From Curvularia clavata (lineage: Eukaryota): 64,000 nucleotides of DNA. Position 1 is the first letter of the stretch. Every line of letters begins with the position of its first letter. The stretch spans positions 1,054,001-1,118,000 of the forward strand of contig CP089280.1 of NCBI GenBank assembly GCA_023920165.1, in the 5' to 3' direction. A program made the position numbers and the translations under genes. Positions 49,652-61,997 of this stretch are shown here, in pieces. A model generated the notes under the pieces. It was not told the DNA's origin and searched no databases. It saw only the letters and a list, made by a program, of their open reading frames with translations.

Positions 49652-50911
49652 ATGGCCGAGCAACTCGTACTCCGTGGTACCCTCGAGGGCCACTCTGGCT
49701 GGGTTACCTCCCTTGCTACCTCTCTGGAGAAGTGCGTATCCCCGAAAAAGTACAACGCTGTGCAAGACGCGCAAAATACTGACATGCGACCAGCCCCAAC
49801 ATGCTCCTGTCCGGTTCGCGCGACAAGACTCTGATCGTCTGGAACCTGACCCGCGACGAGACCTCGTACGGTTACCCCAAGAGGAGTCTGCACGGCCACT
49901 CCCACATCGTGTCCGACTGCGTATGTTTACCCACACACGAAGCAATTGGCTAGCTAGGAAGCGAAAATAGCTGAGCTGACAATTGCTGCACAGGTCATCT
50001 CTTCTGACGGCGCCTACGCCCTCTCCTCCTCCTGGGACAAGACCCTCCGCCTCTGGGAGCTCTCCACTGGTGTCACCACCCGCCGCTTCGTCGGCCACAC
50101 CAACGACGTTCTCTCCGTCTCTTTCTCCGCCGACAACCGCCAGATCGTCTCCGGATCGCGCGACCGAACCATCAAGCTCTGGAACACCCTCGGTGACTGC
50201 AAGTACACCATCACTGACAAGGGCCACACCGAGTGGGTCTCTTGCGTCCGCTTCTCCCCCAACCCCCAGAACCCCGTCATTGTCTCTGCTGGTTGGGACA
50301 AGCTCGTCAAGGTATGTCAATGCAGCTCTGCCAACCAACCTACACCCCTGTTTTATGATGATTTTCTATGTATTTGCTACTTCAGAGCCTCGGCTATGAG
50401 ACAATTATCACCTAGTACTGATTTGACACTTCTCTCTTCGATTTCCTGCAAGCTATTTTGATTGCAAGAGGCTAACTTCGAATAGGTCTGGGAACTCGCT
50501 TCCTGCCGCATCCAGACCGACCACATCGGTCACACCGGTTACATCAACACCGTCACCATCTCGCCCGATGGCTCCCTGTGCGCCTCTGGTGGTAAGGACG
50601 GAACAACCATGCTCTGGGACCTGAACGAGTCCAAGCACCTCTACTCTCTGTCCGCCGGTGACGAGATCCACGCCCTTGTCTTCTCGCCCAACCGCTACTG
50701 GCTGTGCGCTGCCACCGCCTCCAGCATCATTATCTTCGACCTCGAGAAGAAGAGCAAGGTTGACGAGCTGAAGCCTGAGTTCGTGGAGGTTGGCAAGAAG
50801 AGCCGTGAGCCTGAGTGTGTCTCCTTGGCCTGGAGCGCCGACGGCCAGACCCTGTTTGCCGGTTACACTGACAACCTCATCCGCTGCTGGGGTGTCATGT
50901 CTCGGGGTTAA
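49652..50911 (+). CDS. cpc-2: RACK1/Cpc2/Asc1 G-beta-like 40S ribosomal protein
   Basis: [42 protein letters not shown]. Three introns, the last at 50312-50485. Strong codon bias. Confidence 0.97.
50350..50425 (+). ncRNA. U24: Intronic box C/D snoRNA U24 (snR24)
   Basis: Box C ATGATGA 50355-50361; guide TATTTGCTACT then D' CAGA 50383-50386, matching yeast snR24 as I recall it; C' ATGAGAC; box D CTGA 50418-50421. Host is the RACK1 intron, as for ASC1/snR24. Confidence 0.9.
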
Positions 50912-51456
50912 GGTAGTGCATATTGGGTAGTGCAATGGGGCGTAACGGGAAAATCACGATTCCACATCTTCTGTAGCATGCCATGGGTTATGATTGATGC
51001 TCATGCGGGATGGGTTTGGCACTCTTCCGGCATTATCACGTCCAGGCGCTTAGAGTCAATGAAAATTCTCAAAGTCCAACAATGGAACATCATCACCGTG
51101 TGATGGTTGTCGCGTCGTGGTAGCTCTGGCTCAGAGCGATGCTTGATGGTTGCTCTTCTGAGATTGGCACTCGTCGCAGCTCTCCCCAGAGCCATGCTTT
51201 AGACGGCTGTTCTTTGTTGAGGCCACAATGTTTAGGAATGGTATTGACAGCAAAAGTATTCTGAAATCTTTTCGTGTTTGCTATGCATTTTTTCCCTAAG
51301 TCAGATGAGTTGCCATTGCGTGTACATCAACACCAAACCTTCTTGCTGCATGTTTCATTTTATGTGAACTACATTGAGGTTCTGATGAGGCTAACCTTTC
51401 GTCTTTGATTCTTGTCCAAAGAAATCTTACAGACGACTCTTTCTATAACTTCTCGC

Positions 51457-52600
51457 CTACAACTTGCTAAACTTGGGTGTCCTCTTCTGCATACCGCTCA
51501 ACAGCGCATCCTTGACGTCGTCCGTCTGCAACATGGCCGCATTCCACACAGTCGTGTAGTTCAGTCCATCAGCAATAGGCCTGTCCCTCGAGTAATTGAT
51601 AATCTGCTTAGTTCCCAAAACAGCAACAGGACTCTTGCTGGCAATCGTAGTCGCCAACTTGAAAGCTTCGGCCACGGCTTCCGCCTTGTCTTTGTACACG
51701 GCGGACACGAGACCGTGCTGCAGTGCTTCACTAGACGGGAAGACGCGTGCGGATAGGCAGATGTCTTTGACCCAGGACAGGTTGCCGACGGAGTGGGGCA
51801 AGCGGGATAGCGTGCCAATGTCGGCGGCGATACCGATGTCGACTTCTTTGACGGAGAACTTGGTGGTGCTGGTGGAGAAGCGGATGTCGCAGGCGAGAGA
51901 GAGGTCGAGAGCCAGGCCGAAGGAGATACCATGAAGGACGGCGATGACGGCTGTGTTGGGAGTCAGTTATCGAAATCTTTCCACTTTTGGGGGAGTTTCT
52001 TGTGAAATGGGAGAACACTGGTTCTAACATACGTTTCTCACACCTCTCAACGTCAGTGATGCAGTCTTGGAATTCGACAATGTGGCGGCGTATGCCATTT
52101 GCTTTGCGGGCAGAGTCGATGCGTTCGGCATCTTCTTTTCCAGAAAGGGCGCCTCCGGTAGATGCGGCCTGGACGTCTAGACCGGCTGTGAAAGCGCGAT
52201 CGCCAGCTCCTGTGAGGACGACAGCGCGAACGTTGGGGTCGTGTGAAAGTTGGCGGAAGATGGCAGAGAGGTTGAGCCACATGCTACGGGTTGTGTTAGT
52301 ATAGGTTTTGTAGAAATTCCGAGTTTAAATTATCTAAGCCATCTTTAAGAAACTAAATCTCCTCGTTTGATGAGAGTACCAGTTTCTCTTGATCTTTCAT
52401 ATCATTTCTAAAAGAGGCGGCCTTGTACGCGATGCAGGCCGTATGCACGTGATACACCTAAGTTGAGCTAAGGGAATAAGGTAATATACTTACACCTCTT
52501 TGAACGCATTCATCTTCTCCGGCCGGTTGATCTCAACATGCGCCACATACTCTGCCGGGAACGACACGTTGAAGAACTCCTTCTGGTAAGCTTCCGCCAT
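51457..52600 (-). CDS. ECH1: Peroxisomal delta(3,5)-delta(2,4)-dienoyl-CoA isomerase (crotonase family)
   Basis: VEINRPEKMNAF, AFTAGLD, FSVKEVDIGIAADIGTLSRLP, C-terminal PTS1 SKL. Two introns. Confidence 0.9.
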
Positions 52601-55600
52601 GTTGTCGTGTGTCGTGTATGCTTGTTGCTGTGTGTTGTAGTTCCTTGCTCTTTCTATATAGAATGCTCAGTAGTGCCAATTACCAGGTTCGCTAAATGAT
52701 TTTCGGCTATTGTAGAGAACTGCTTGATGATTGTTTGAGTGTTGGAGGTATGTAATGCTGTCGGTTCGTATGGCTTGGTTGTTCGGCTGGGGAAGCTTGT
52801 GATGTGTGGAGATGCCGAGGTTGAACCCGATGCGGTTAGTCGATTGTTGTGTTGTGTTCAGGAGGGTTTTGGCTTTTTGGTGACCAACAACAAGAAATTC
52901 ATGGGAATTAAACATAGCAATCATGGCCGCAGCTGTTCGATCATGGATCATCTGCGAATCATTGAAACACGATTGCGAGTGTGGCAAATAATATGGGTAC
53001 TGTTTTCAGCCTACCCATTATGCTTTCCCTCACGACAGCACATCGTCTCTTCCAGGCTCATCTTCTTGCTCCTTTCGCTGCATACTTACTAATATGAAAG
53101 TACCAGGCTCTATGATAATAAGCCACTGTAATGATGAGATGTTGTAGCTGGCTGTACAATCCTAGGTTTTTCCTCTCATGCCTGGAAACATTTTCTAGCT
53201 ATTTAGATTTTCAAGAATTATCAATCTTCTGAAGGTCCTCTAAAATTGCATGAATAGCCATTCTCACCCCTTGTTCACTATCCACGCCTTCAATTCAATC
53301 TACCATCAGACCTGCTATTTCCATGCTACGTAATAATAGAAAATGAGGATAAATTTATACAGGTACTAGTTAGTTAAGTTTGGGCATTCCTAATTTCACC
53401 AAACTATCATTTCCTAATCAACATACTTATTAGTTATTCTAAATTGATAATATTGTAGTTTCAAGCGCACAAAGAGTTACACTATTGAGACATATCTATA
53501 TCATTTCAATCTTCCAAAATCACACTCAGTGTACAGCATTGCCTGGATAGTAAACTATATCTTGAAGTCGTGTTTTATGGCAGGCTATGCATATCACAGA
53601 CCATACCGAACAGCACATGGGAAATGTCTGGCCTTTGAAGTAAGCCGCGATATTTGCCTTTTCCAATAAGATTTGATTTTTTTTTCTGATTTGGACTCCC
53701 TGAACCGGACACTGAGCAGTAGTAAAGTATACAACAGATACGAACATCGAGATCCAGCACTACCCCGTATGAAAAAGGAGCATAGATGATTATTGCATAC
53801 GGCAGTACATCGATTCTTGTTTGCCCACCTCCTCACTACACTTTCTACGTCCTGTACGTCCGCTATAGAAAATATTGCCATTCTAAATTTCTCTAGCCTT
53901 TTGAAAGGAACATAGATAGAGGATACGTAAGTCTAGGAGAATTTCTTTTTCACTATTTGGTGAATGAGGAATGGGTTTCTTTTTCACAGGCATCATGGTG
54001 GCTACATGACTTCTGTTAACAGCACAATGTTCATACACAGAGGGTTTCTGCGAAGACGTGTACAAAGAACTAGGGCGTGTTGATGTGCGCTTTAGCTGCA
54101 GACAAAAAAAAGAGAGATAAGGGGACCGCGTCGGTGTCGATTTGAACTTGAGGGACTAGGAAAAGTCTATCAGACTTTTGGGGGGAAAACAATGGAGAGA
54201 AGAATGCTACAATTTCCATAGTACGCTTCTCGCTCTTTTCACGACGCTTACTTCGAGTGTTTGATCCACTGGTCATTCTACTTCCAGTGTTCCAAATACT
54301 TCGCAATTCACGTCCCTCGCTCGGACTTGCTCTATTCAAGTCCCTTGCTTGCTCTTGCCCGGTACAGATGGCACTTCCTACCAAGCGGCTAACAAAAGTA
54401 CGCGCTCCTCATTCCATCATCATCATCGTAACAAAATCACCCCATGATCACCTTGCTGACTTCCAAGAACCCCATTCATCTACAAACGCTACCCACAGGC
54501 CAAGGGCAATTGCTGACCCGATACCGTCAGCGTTCGTATCCGGCTATTGTGCCGAGATATACGAGTTCCACAGGCTTATTTTACATTAGGGTGGCTGTGT
54601 ATGCGTACTATGTAAACCGGAACATCACCCGTCAAGAGGTCATATTGGCATAAAAGTAGTTCGCTTTTTGTGGCGTTCGTATCGGAGAAAATGGCTTTTC
54701 TATTTCTAGCGTTCATTGTTCGGTTGAAGAGAAAAAGAAAGCAAGTTTATTCTTCTTTGCTAAAGGAATCTAGAAGGAGCTTCTTTTCCTAGCTGTTTTG
54801 AAGAGGTGTCTGCAAGGACATGACTACTCTGTGTCAGTCAGTATGTTCCAAACCTTGACTGCCAAGGCGAATAAATGACGGCGGACAAGGTTGATGTTCT
54901 GTCGCAGTTGAGGAATCTTGCAAAACAGGACCAAGCAGTTGAGATTCTTTTGTACGCCTCAGTTCATCAAACTTTGTTTTTTGGTTGCCAATCTTATTGC
55001 TGGCTTCTAGCTATTTTCAGCAATACCTGTGACGACAATACAGTCAGCATGCAGGATGTTCTCATACAGAAGAGACGCAATGGGATAGCAAGAAGCACCA
55101 AGACCGCGACAATGTATTGCCGAGAGCAGTCTTGAATATATCTGGAATGGCGCAGGCTTCGAATGTAGTTTTTGTGGTAGCTGAGATATACTAGCAAGCT
55201 AGTCACCCTGTTGGACGCACAAGACGGCCTTTTTCCTAGTTACATGCTCGGGCAGAAGACTGTTGTCATCACTGCCATTAGCTCGGCATGCATGGCGTCT
55301 GACAACTGCATGGGCGCCGAGATGAAAAGGTACACAGTGGAACCGACGTTTCGTCATGGTCAATAATGTTTGGAAGCTTGGTAGGAAGATAGCTGTCAAT
55401 GTCGCACCAGATGACTGTGGAGTTTCTGTTGAACATTGACTTCTGCAAGCCCAAGGAAGCGGCAGGAAGCGGCGGTGTAGGAGTTTCAAGTATTCGATGT
55501 TATTACATTAAGAGATGATTGGCACAGGGAATTCCGTTGAAACAGCCGACAGTTGCCTGCTACTTTGCGTTTGTGGATTTTCTTCTTTTCTGCCTGTACC

Positions 55601-57906
55601 TGCGCATTTCCGTGTGTGTGGGGGGAATGTAGGGCTGAGGACGCCAAACCCCTTTTGACCCACATTTCTGGTCGTTTTGGGACAGGCTGCAGGGACGATG
55701 GAAGGCGCCACAATATGCATCTTACAAACATCCAACAGATGGGAAATTGCATGGGAACCATTGAAACGGGCAGAAGAGGCACAGTCAATCTCTGTGGCAC
55801 AGCACCCCACGCCTCTGTGACGGCCACACTGAAAGCCTCGGCTGTTACCTTCCGGATTGAGATTGCAGTGCAAAGGGAAGCCGCTAAGCGAGAAGACGCC
55901 GCCGCCAAACATGTTTTCAGAAGAGGGTTTTGACACACACAGGTGGAACGATGTCTAACTGCCGAAATGTGCATGCAATGGGGCAGTACCGTGAAAAAAG
56001 CGCAGAGGCGGCAGGGGCAGTGGACCCTGTTTGCAGAATTTCTATTCCTGGTTCTGGCGCCATGACGGTACCAGATTTACGTGCACGGCGGGATACGTCA
56101 ATGGCACTGCTAGACGTTGGTCATTGCAGCTTTAGCAACTATGGTCACCCCCAAAGACAGAGCCAGTGAATGCTAGTTGGTGTGGCGTGGACATGGCCGA
56201 GGCCTCTATGACGAAGGTGCGAGTGGTTTGTCCAAGTATGGTTTGTATTGAAGCGTCTAGTCTGGTCGCGACTTGGGTCATGTACGACAGAGGCATGCCC
56301 AGGAGCCAGAGGCGCTGTACACACACGGGCGAGAACGAGTTTGCAAATGTACTATGATGTGTTCGTCGCCTGATTGCCTGGCCGTGGTGGCTAAGAGAAG
56401 TCTGCCGTCAACCGACAATGGTGCTCGTGTCGGGTAGAGGTTAGGCCCATGCTGTGGGCAGCCTTGAGCAAGGAAACGGGTATAGTGTTATTGCTTTCTC
56501 GTGTCAATCGCGCACTAGCGGTACGTTGGCCTCGATGGCAGGCGGGGTAAGCAGGCCCGTGATGCTTGTGGTTTGGATGAATATGCCCAACACCAGCTCG
56601 GGCGTAACTTTTGGAAGTTGGACTCGCTGCGTTGGCAAAAGCAGGCTTTGGGCGCGTGATTGCTGGTTTTGAGCGTGGTCGTGGTGGCGGGATGCATTTT
56701 GCGCTGGAACCTTGTCAGCCCGGAATAGCAACCGGCGGATCGCCCGAGCGGAAATTGCGCCCACGTATGTACACGATAAGATTGTCACACGGGGAGATTC
56801 GGTTCCATGTAGGTACGCAGTCGTCGTAGACGCCAGGCGCGTACGGGTAAAGAGAGAGCAGAGGATGCGCGTATAGCACTGCGACGCCGTGTGCAAGGAG
56901 GCGGTGCAGTGCCGTCTGTTCCTGTGGTGCGAGGCTATTACTAGCTGGCTGCATGGCCGCTTTTGGCAGCCACGCTGCGCCCCTGAAAAGCCACGAGATG
57001 CAGCTGCCGCTCTAGGACGTGCCAGGCATCCCATCCATCACAACACAACACAACAGCACCAACACCACGACGCCTGTCGTCCATCTTCACCGACCGTTGC
57101 TGATGGCTGCGACTGGGCGCCAAGTCTCTGCTAAGTCTTGCACATTGGCACAAAAGGCGTTCTTGGGGCTGACGTTCTAAGTATACCTGTCTGCATCGGG
57201 CAACGCCCACTCAAGGAACACGGCGTGCCGGCCAATCAGCACCACGCCGCCGCTCTCTACCCTCGCATCTGCCATGTCGCCGGCTGACCAGGCGGGCAAC
57301 CCATCTGTCACGACCATTCGGGCGGCGGCAAGCTCCCTACTGGATTCGGCGCTGCCCTCGTAACAGTCAGCAAGCACACGGCCCTAAGACCGTTGCCATG
57401 CACGCTGTTGGTCGCTCTAAATGAGCCCGGCCAGGAAGCTCGGCATCCTTGAACGAGCCGCCGTCTCGAAGCGTCCTAGCTGGCCTCCTTATGATTAGCC
57501 CCCAGTGTGGATAGCTCGCGCGAGCTGACTTATTTGCCAATACAACGTTGCAGACCTAGGGCCGTCCACGCGAAATGGCCTGGTTCGTATTTGCAGAGAG
57601 CCCATGATGAATCAGGCGTCGACAGTGGGACCAGCTAAGGCGAGCGGGTCGTAATGATCGGCAGGACAAAGCGCCCACACTACACAGCAGACGCCGCGGC
57701 AGGGCGGTTCATGCAGGTCCAGGTATAAGGATGCCCGCCCTCCCTGCTAGACTCGCTTTCTTCTTGGCCAGCTTGCTCATCTTCGTTGCAAGCAGCTCAC
57801 ATTCGCTTTGCGGCTACAGTCACTCGTTTTATACCCTACCAACACGGCCCATTGCGTTTTTATACCAAACTATACTTAATATTCCAACCCCCAATTCGCC
57901 AACACC

Positions 57907-59082
57907 ATGCGTACCGGACTCATCTCTCTGGCCGTCGTTGCCAGCGCGGCCGCCCTCCCATCTCCCCCGACAGTGAACGGCCTAGTCAATGGCGTGAGCA
58001 GCGCCCTCACCACCGTCTTCGACGAAGTCTGTCAAGCCCTGCCCCTTGAGGCCTTCAACACCAAGTACCACCACACCCCAATTCCCCTCGAGGATGCCAA
58101 GGTCAAGTTGTCCAACTACAGAATGGCAACACCTCCTCAGGCCGACCCTGCCCCCTCCTACCAACCTTACAAGGCCGCTGCCTATCAGAGCGGTGCCAAG
58201 TGCGCAAACGTTCGCACACGTGTCGAGTGGGACCGCATGGCCGACAGTGACAAGCAAAAATACGTCGATGGCATCAAGTGCTTGCTCAACAGGGCCCCTA
58301 GCGGTCAATTCCCCAACGCAAAGAACCGCTATGAGGACCTCGTTGCTCTGCACCAGAAGCTCACCCCCAACGTCCATGGCAATGACAAATTTCTTCTCTG
58401 GCACAGAGTCTTTGTCGCTCTGTTTGAGAGGCTTATGCGCAATGAATGTGGCTTCGATGGCCCTCTGGCTTGGTTCGATGAAACCCGCTATGCTGGACAC
58501 TTTTCCCAGTCCTCCATCTTCTCGAGCCGATGGCTCGGAGGCATCGCTCTCGGTGGACAATGTGTTAGGGATGGTGTAAGTTGAAATAAATGATCCATGT
58601 CCAAGCAAGTAACTAACCAACATTCGCAGCAACTCGCCAACTTGGTCCTCAACGTCGGTCCTGGTGATGGCAACACCGTCCACTGCCTGGCACGTAACGG
58701 TGACGGCAGTCTCACCGCCAACTGCAACCAAGAATACGTGGATCTCTGCGGTCGCTACTCTGACTACTCCGGTCTGAGAGGCTGCATTGAGCTTGGTTAC
58801 CACGCCTATGGCCACAACGGTGTTGGAGCTGTCATGTCCGACGTCCAAACCTCCGTTGGTGACGCCTTCTTCTGGCTCCACCACGCTTTCGTTGACCGCA
58901 CCTACCGCCTCTGGACCAACAAGAACACCCAATGGCTTAACCAGATCAACGGTGTCGACGTCAGTGGCAATGCCCTCACCCTTGATACCACTCTCAACAC
59001 CTACGGAATGATGCCCGATGTCCGTGTCAGGGATATCCTTGACACCACCGGCACCACACTGTGCTACAAGTACGACTACTAG
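57907..59082 (+). CDS. Secreted short tyrosinase/catechol oxidase (type-3 di-copper)
   Basis: Signal peptide. CuA ALH..NVHG..FLLWHR; CuB YHAYGH..DAFFWLHH. Intron 58576-58629. Ends LCYKYDY. Confidence 0.92.
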
Positions 59083-60433
59083 AGCCCGTTTGTTTTTTCT
59101 CGTCTAGGGACGTTTGGGAACTCAGACCCAACCTCACAAGAATCCGTTTCTTTTCTCAGATACATAGTGTAATGCGCATTTGCATTTCCATATCAGATAT
59201 AAACCTCATTTGTGAACCATGTCAATTCCTCTGTTTACTATGATACATTAAAGTGAACCGTGCCGACCTTTATAGAGAAGTAATCAAGCCGCTGAGTCTG
59301 CAAGATCATTGCGAGAAAGATGCTACTCGTGTCCTGACGCAGCAGTATGCATGCCCAGTCGAAGAACTTAAGTTTGTCGCCAGAGTTGTTAACCTGTGTA
59401 TTATAGTAGTCACAGCTATCTTCCGTGCAAAATAGATCATATCTACACAGATTTTATAACGGCATGCTATCTATCATCCTTGTCATTACCACAAGGGTCC
59501 CTCTTCCTCCATTAGCTTTGGCGCCATATCGAAAGCAACCTCGAACTAGATTTCTGTGAGGGCCAAACGCAACCGCAGCCTGAATTTCTGCTTCGACGAA
59601 GTTATCTAGTAGGGAAAACTCATTTCTCTGCTTGGCTCCTTTTCTCCCCCCGTTGATCACTTCCAAAGCACCAGTAGCGGTTTGCTGATCTTGCTAAAGT
59701 ACACCACCAACTGCAGATCTAACTTTCTCGAAGATCACGAGCACGATACACGTTCATGCATGCTAGCCACCCTTCCTCCCCCCAAACTCAATGCGCCAGT
59801 ATCATCTGCGTGTGCGAAAACGCAACATTTACGTATGTTGTATGGCAAGCGCTGGTGCAAGTAGTGGTCGTCATAAATGCGGGTGCGTTTACGGCCAAGG
59901 CTAGACTATATAAAGACACCGTAAGAACTCAAAAAAGGGGGGCGGGGGAAGTATAACAGGGCAATGTACAGATACATAAAGTGATAGGTTGAGGCGAAAA
60001 AAAGTTCGAGCTGGCGGCTTCTCGTTCCGTGGTAGGGACGAGGAAGGGGCGGCGGCCGAGAGTTTGGCCGTGTGGTCTGCTTACAGCCGAAAGGATAGCG
60101 CAAGCTGCCGAAATGAGGGCCTGGGGTCAGAGCATTGATCCTTGGCTTTTCGTTTTCGGTATGCTGGGTGATGGTGGTGTGTGCTGGGCGGGGGCGGGGC
60201 GGGGTGGAGTGAAGGTGAATGGGCATTTGGGAGGTCACGCACGTGACGGTGCGTTTGGTAGCGGGCACGTGGGGAGAGATACTAGCGTGATGATTACCTG
60301 ACGCCATGTCGATAGAACCTACAAACGATACACTGCTAGTTAAGAGTAAGATCGTTTACTCTTCTAGCAACGGCGCTTGTAAATTCGCTTAGTTGTTTAG
60401 TATATCCCCTCTCTCAATCTCGACGTGCGCACC

Positions 60434-61786
60434 ATGGTCAGTATGAGCACTCGAATTCCGCATCTTCCGGATGAGATCCATCTACTCGTCGGTCAGCATG
60501 TCCGTCGCGACGACTCGGCCAACTACAGACTCGCGAGCAAGCGGTTCCTTTCCGTTGGCACTGCGAACCTATTTCGCACTCTCACCTTTCACTGCAGCAC
60601 AGCCAGTTTGGCAAGACTGGCCAACATCAGCAACAGTGAGCAGCTGCGGAAGCACGTCGAGATCGTCTTCTTGGATGTCAATTTGTGGAGGATACCCAAT
60701 GTGCGTGACTTGAACGAGTGGCAGACTTACTTCTGCAGAAAGGCGGCATTTCTGCGGGCGTGGGATGGTGCTCCTGAAGCGGAAGAACAGGCATGCAGGC
60801 TAGATGTTCTTGCTCAGGATCGAAAGGAGTGGCTGGCGTATCTCGACAAAATGGATGACGAAAAGCAAGCCAGAAGGGATCCGTCATTCCTGAACCCATT
60901 GGAACGCTTTCACAATTTACACAAAATTTACATGGTCCATGGGCAGCTCGTTTCCACTCATCAAGGATTCAAGAAGGTAAGCGATGAAGTGGACTCTGCG
61001 TCAGCGGAGCCAATTTCGTTACGCAGAGGAGAAGGGATGAACGATATTGGCAATAAAACTGGCAACGAAGCGTTCGAATCGCTTCTTAAGATTACAATTC
61101 CGCCGTTGAGAAAACTCAAACTAGACCGGATACACTACACCAACTTCGCTTCGCGCCCAGTCAGCCAATTTGCCAACCTAAGCAACCTAACAAGTCTGAC
61201 CATCAAGATTACTGTTCGTGCGGACCGCTGGAACCGCTTTGCTCGCGTGGATCATTGGGGTCGCCCAATCTGGGGACCGGATACAGAGTGGGAACGTGGC
61301 ACTGGATTGAGTGTTTTGCAATTGTTCCTGCAAGAACTGAGACATCTCGAATGCCTCAAAATTGACTTGGAATCTGGCAATGCGAAAATGGAGTACTCAG
61401 TGCGGAAGCCCCTGGCAACAATTGAAAACGTCTTTGGCACAGACTGGACATGGCCTCGACTACGCAAGCTGTCGTTATGCCATTTCTACGCTACTCCCGA
61501 AACGCTACTATCGCTTCTTGCAACTCACCGCAAGACACTGAGAGACCTCCGACTTCGCAACATCGAGTTGACGACGGAATTTGGGAGTGTAGCAGTTCTA
61601 GACGAATACAGTTGGCCTCAAATCTTACAGTATATAGCTGGTTGTCTGGACCTCCAACGTACCACGGTCTCGGGACAACTCGCTACCGAAAAGCGTAATC
61701 AAGTGTCTTGGGACCTAGACGCGAACCCTGAGTTCGCCGGTGCTATTTCGGACTACCTGATCCACGGAGGAGACTGCCCATGGTGA
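60434..61786 (+). CDS. F-box-like / LRR-like hypothetical protein
   Basis: HLPDEIHLLV..NYRLASKRF..LFRTL N-terminus. WPRLRKLSL and HRKTLRDLRL repeats. Confidence 0.7.
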   Translation: MVSMSTRIPHLPDEIHLLVGQHVRRDDSANYRLASKRFLSVGTANLFRTLTFHCSTASLARLANISNSEQLRKHVEIVFLDVNLWRIPNVRDLNEWQTYFCRKAAFLRAWDGAPEAEEQACRLDVLAQDRKEWLAYLDKMDDEKQARRDPSFLNPLERFHNLHKIYMVHGQLVSTHQGFKKVSDEVDSASAEPISLRRGEGMNDIGNKTGNEAFESLLKITIPPLRKLKLDRIHYTNFASRPVSQFANLSNLTSLTIKITVRADRWNRFARVDHWGRPIWGPDTEWERGTGLSVLQLFLQELRHLECLKIDLESGNAKMEYSVRKPLATIENVFGTDWTWPRLRKLSLCHFYATPETLLSLLATHRKTLRDLRLRNIELTTEFGSVAVLDEYSWPQILQYIAGCLDLQRTTVSGQLATEKRNQVSWDLDANPEFAGAISDYLIHGGDCPW

Positions 61787-61997
61787 AATGTTGGCAACCT
61801 CGGATACCGAGTTTGGGAAGTGGTAAGGCTTGAGATACGCTGCTTGGTTGTTTGATATGTGGGCGCGGGGAGAGAATCATATTCCGATACAAAGTACATG
61901 CATTAATGTAAAGAAATTGTCTTTCAAGCTAGAACAAAGTTCCCAAAATGTGCCATACTAAATCAAGCGTTAACTTTTCTTACCAAGACCACAGACC

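Noticed and set aside
52285..52492. Long first intron of ECH1 as a snoRNA host
   Set aside because: No convincing box C/D or H/ACA arrangement seen.
57982..58932. 316-aa minus-strand ORF, and likewise 49598-50338 opposite RACK1
   Set aside because: Antisense open frames expected from strong codon bias in highly expressed genes.
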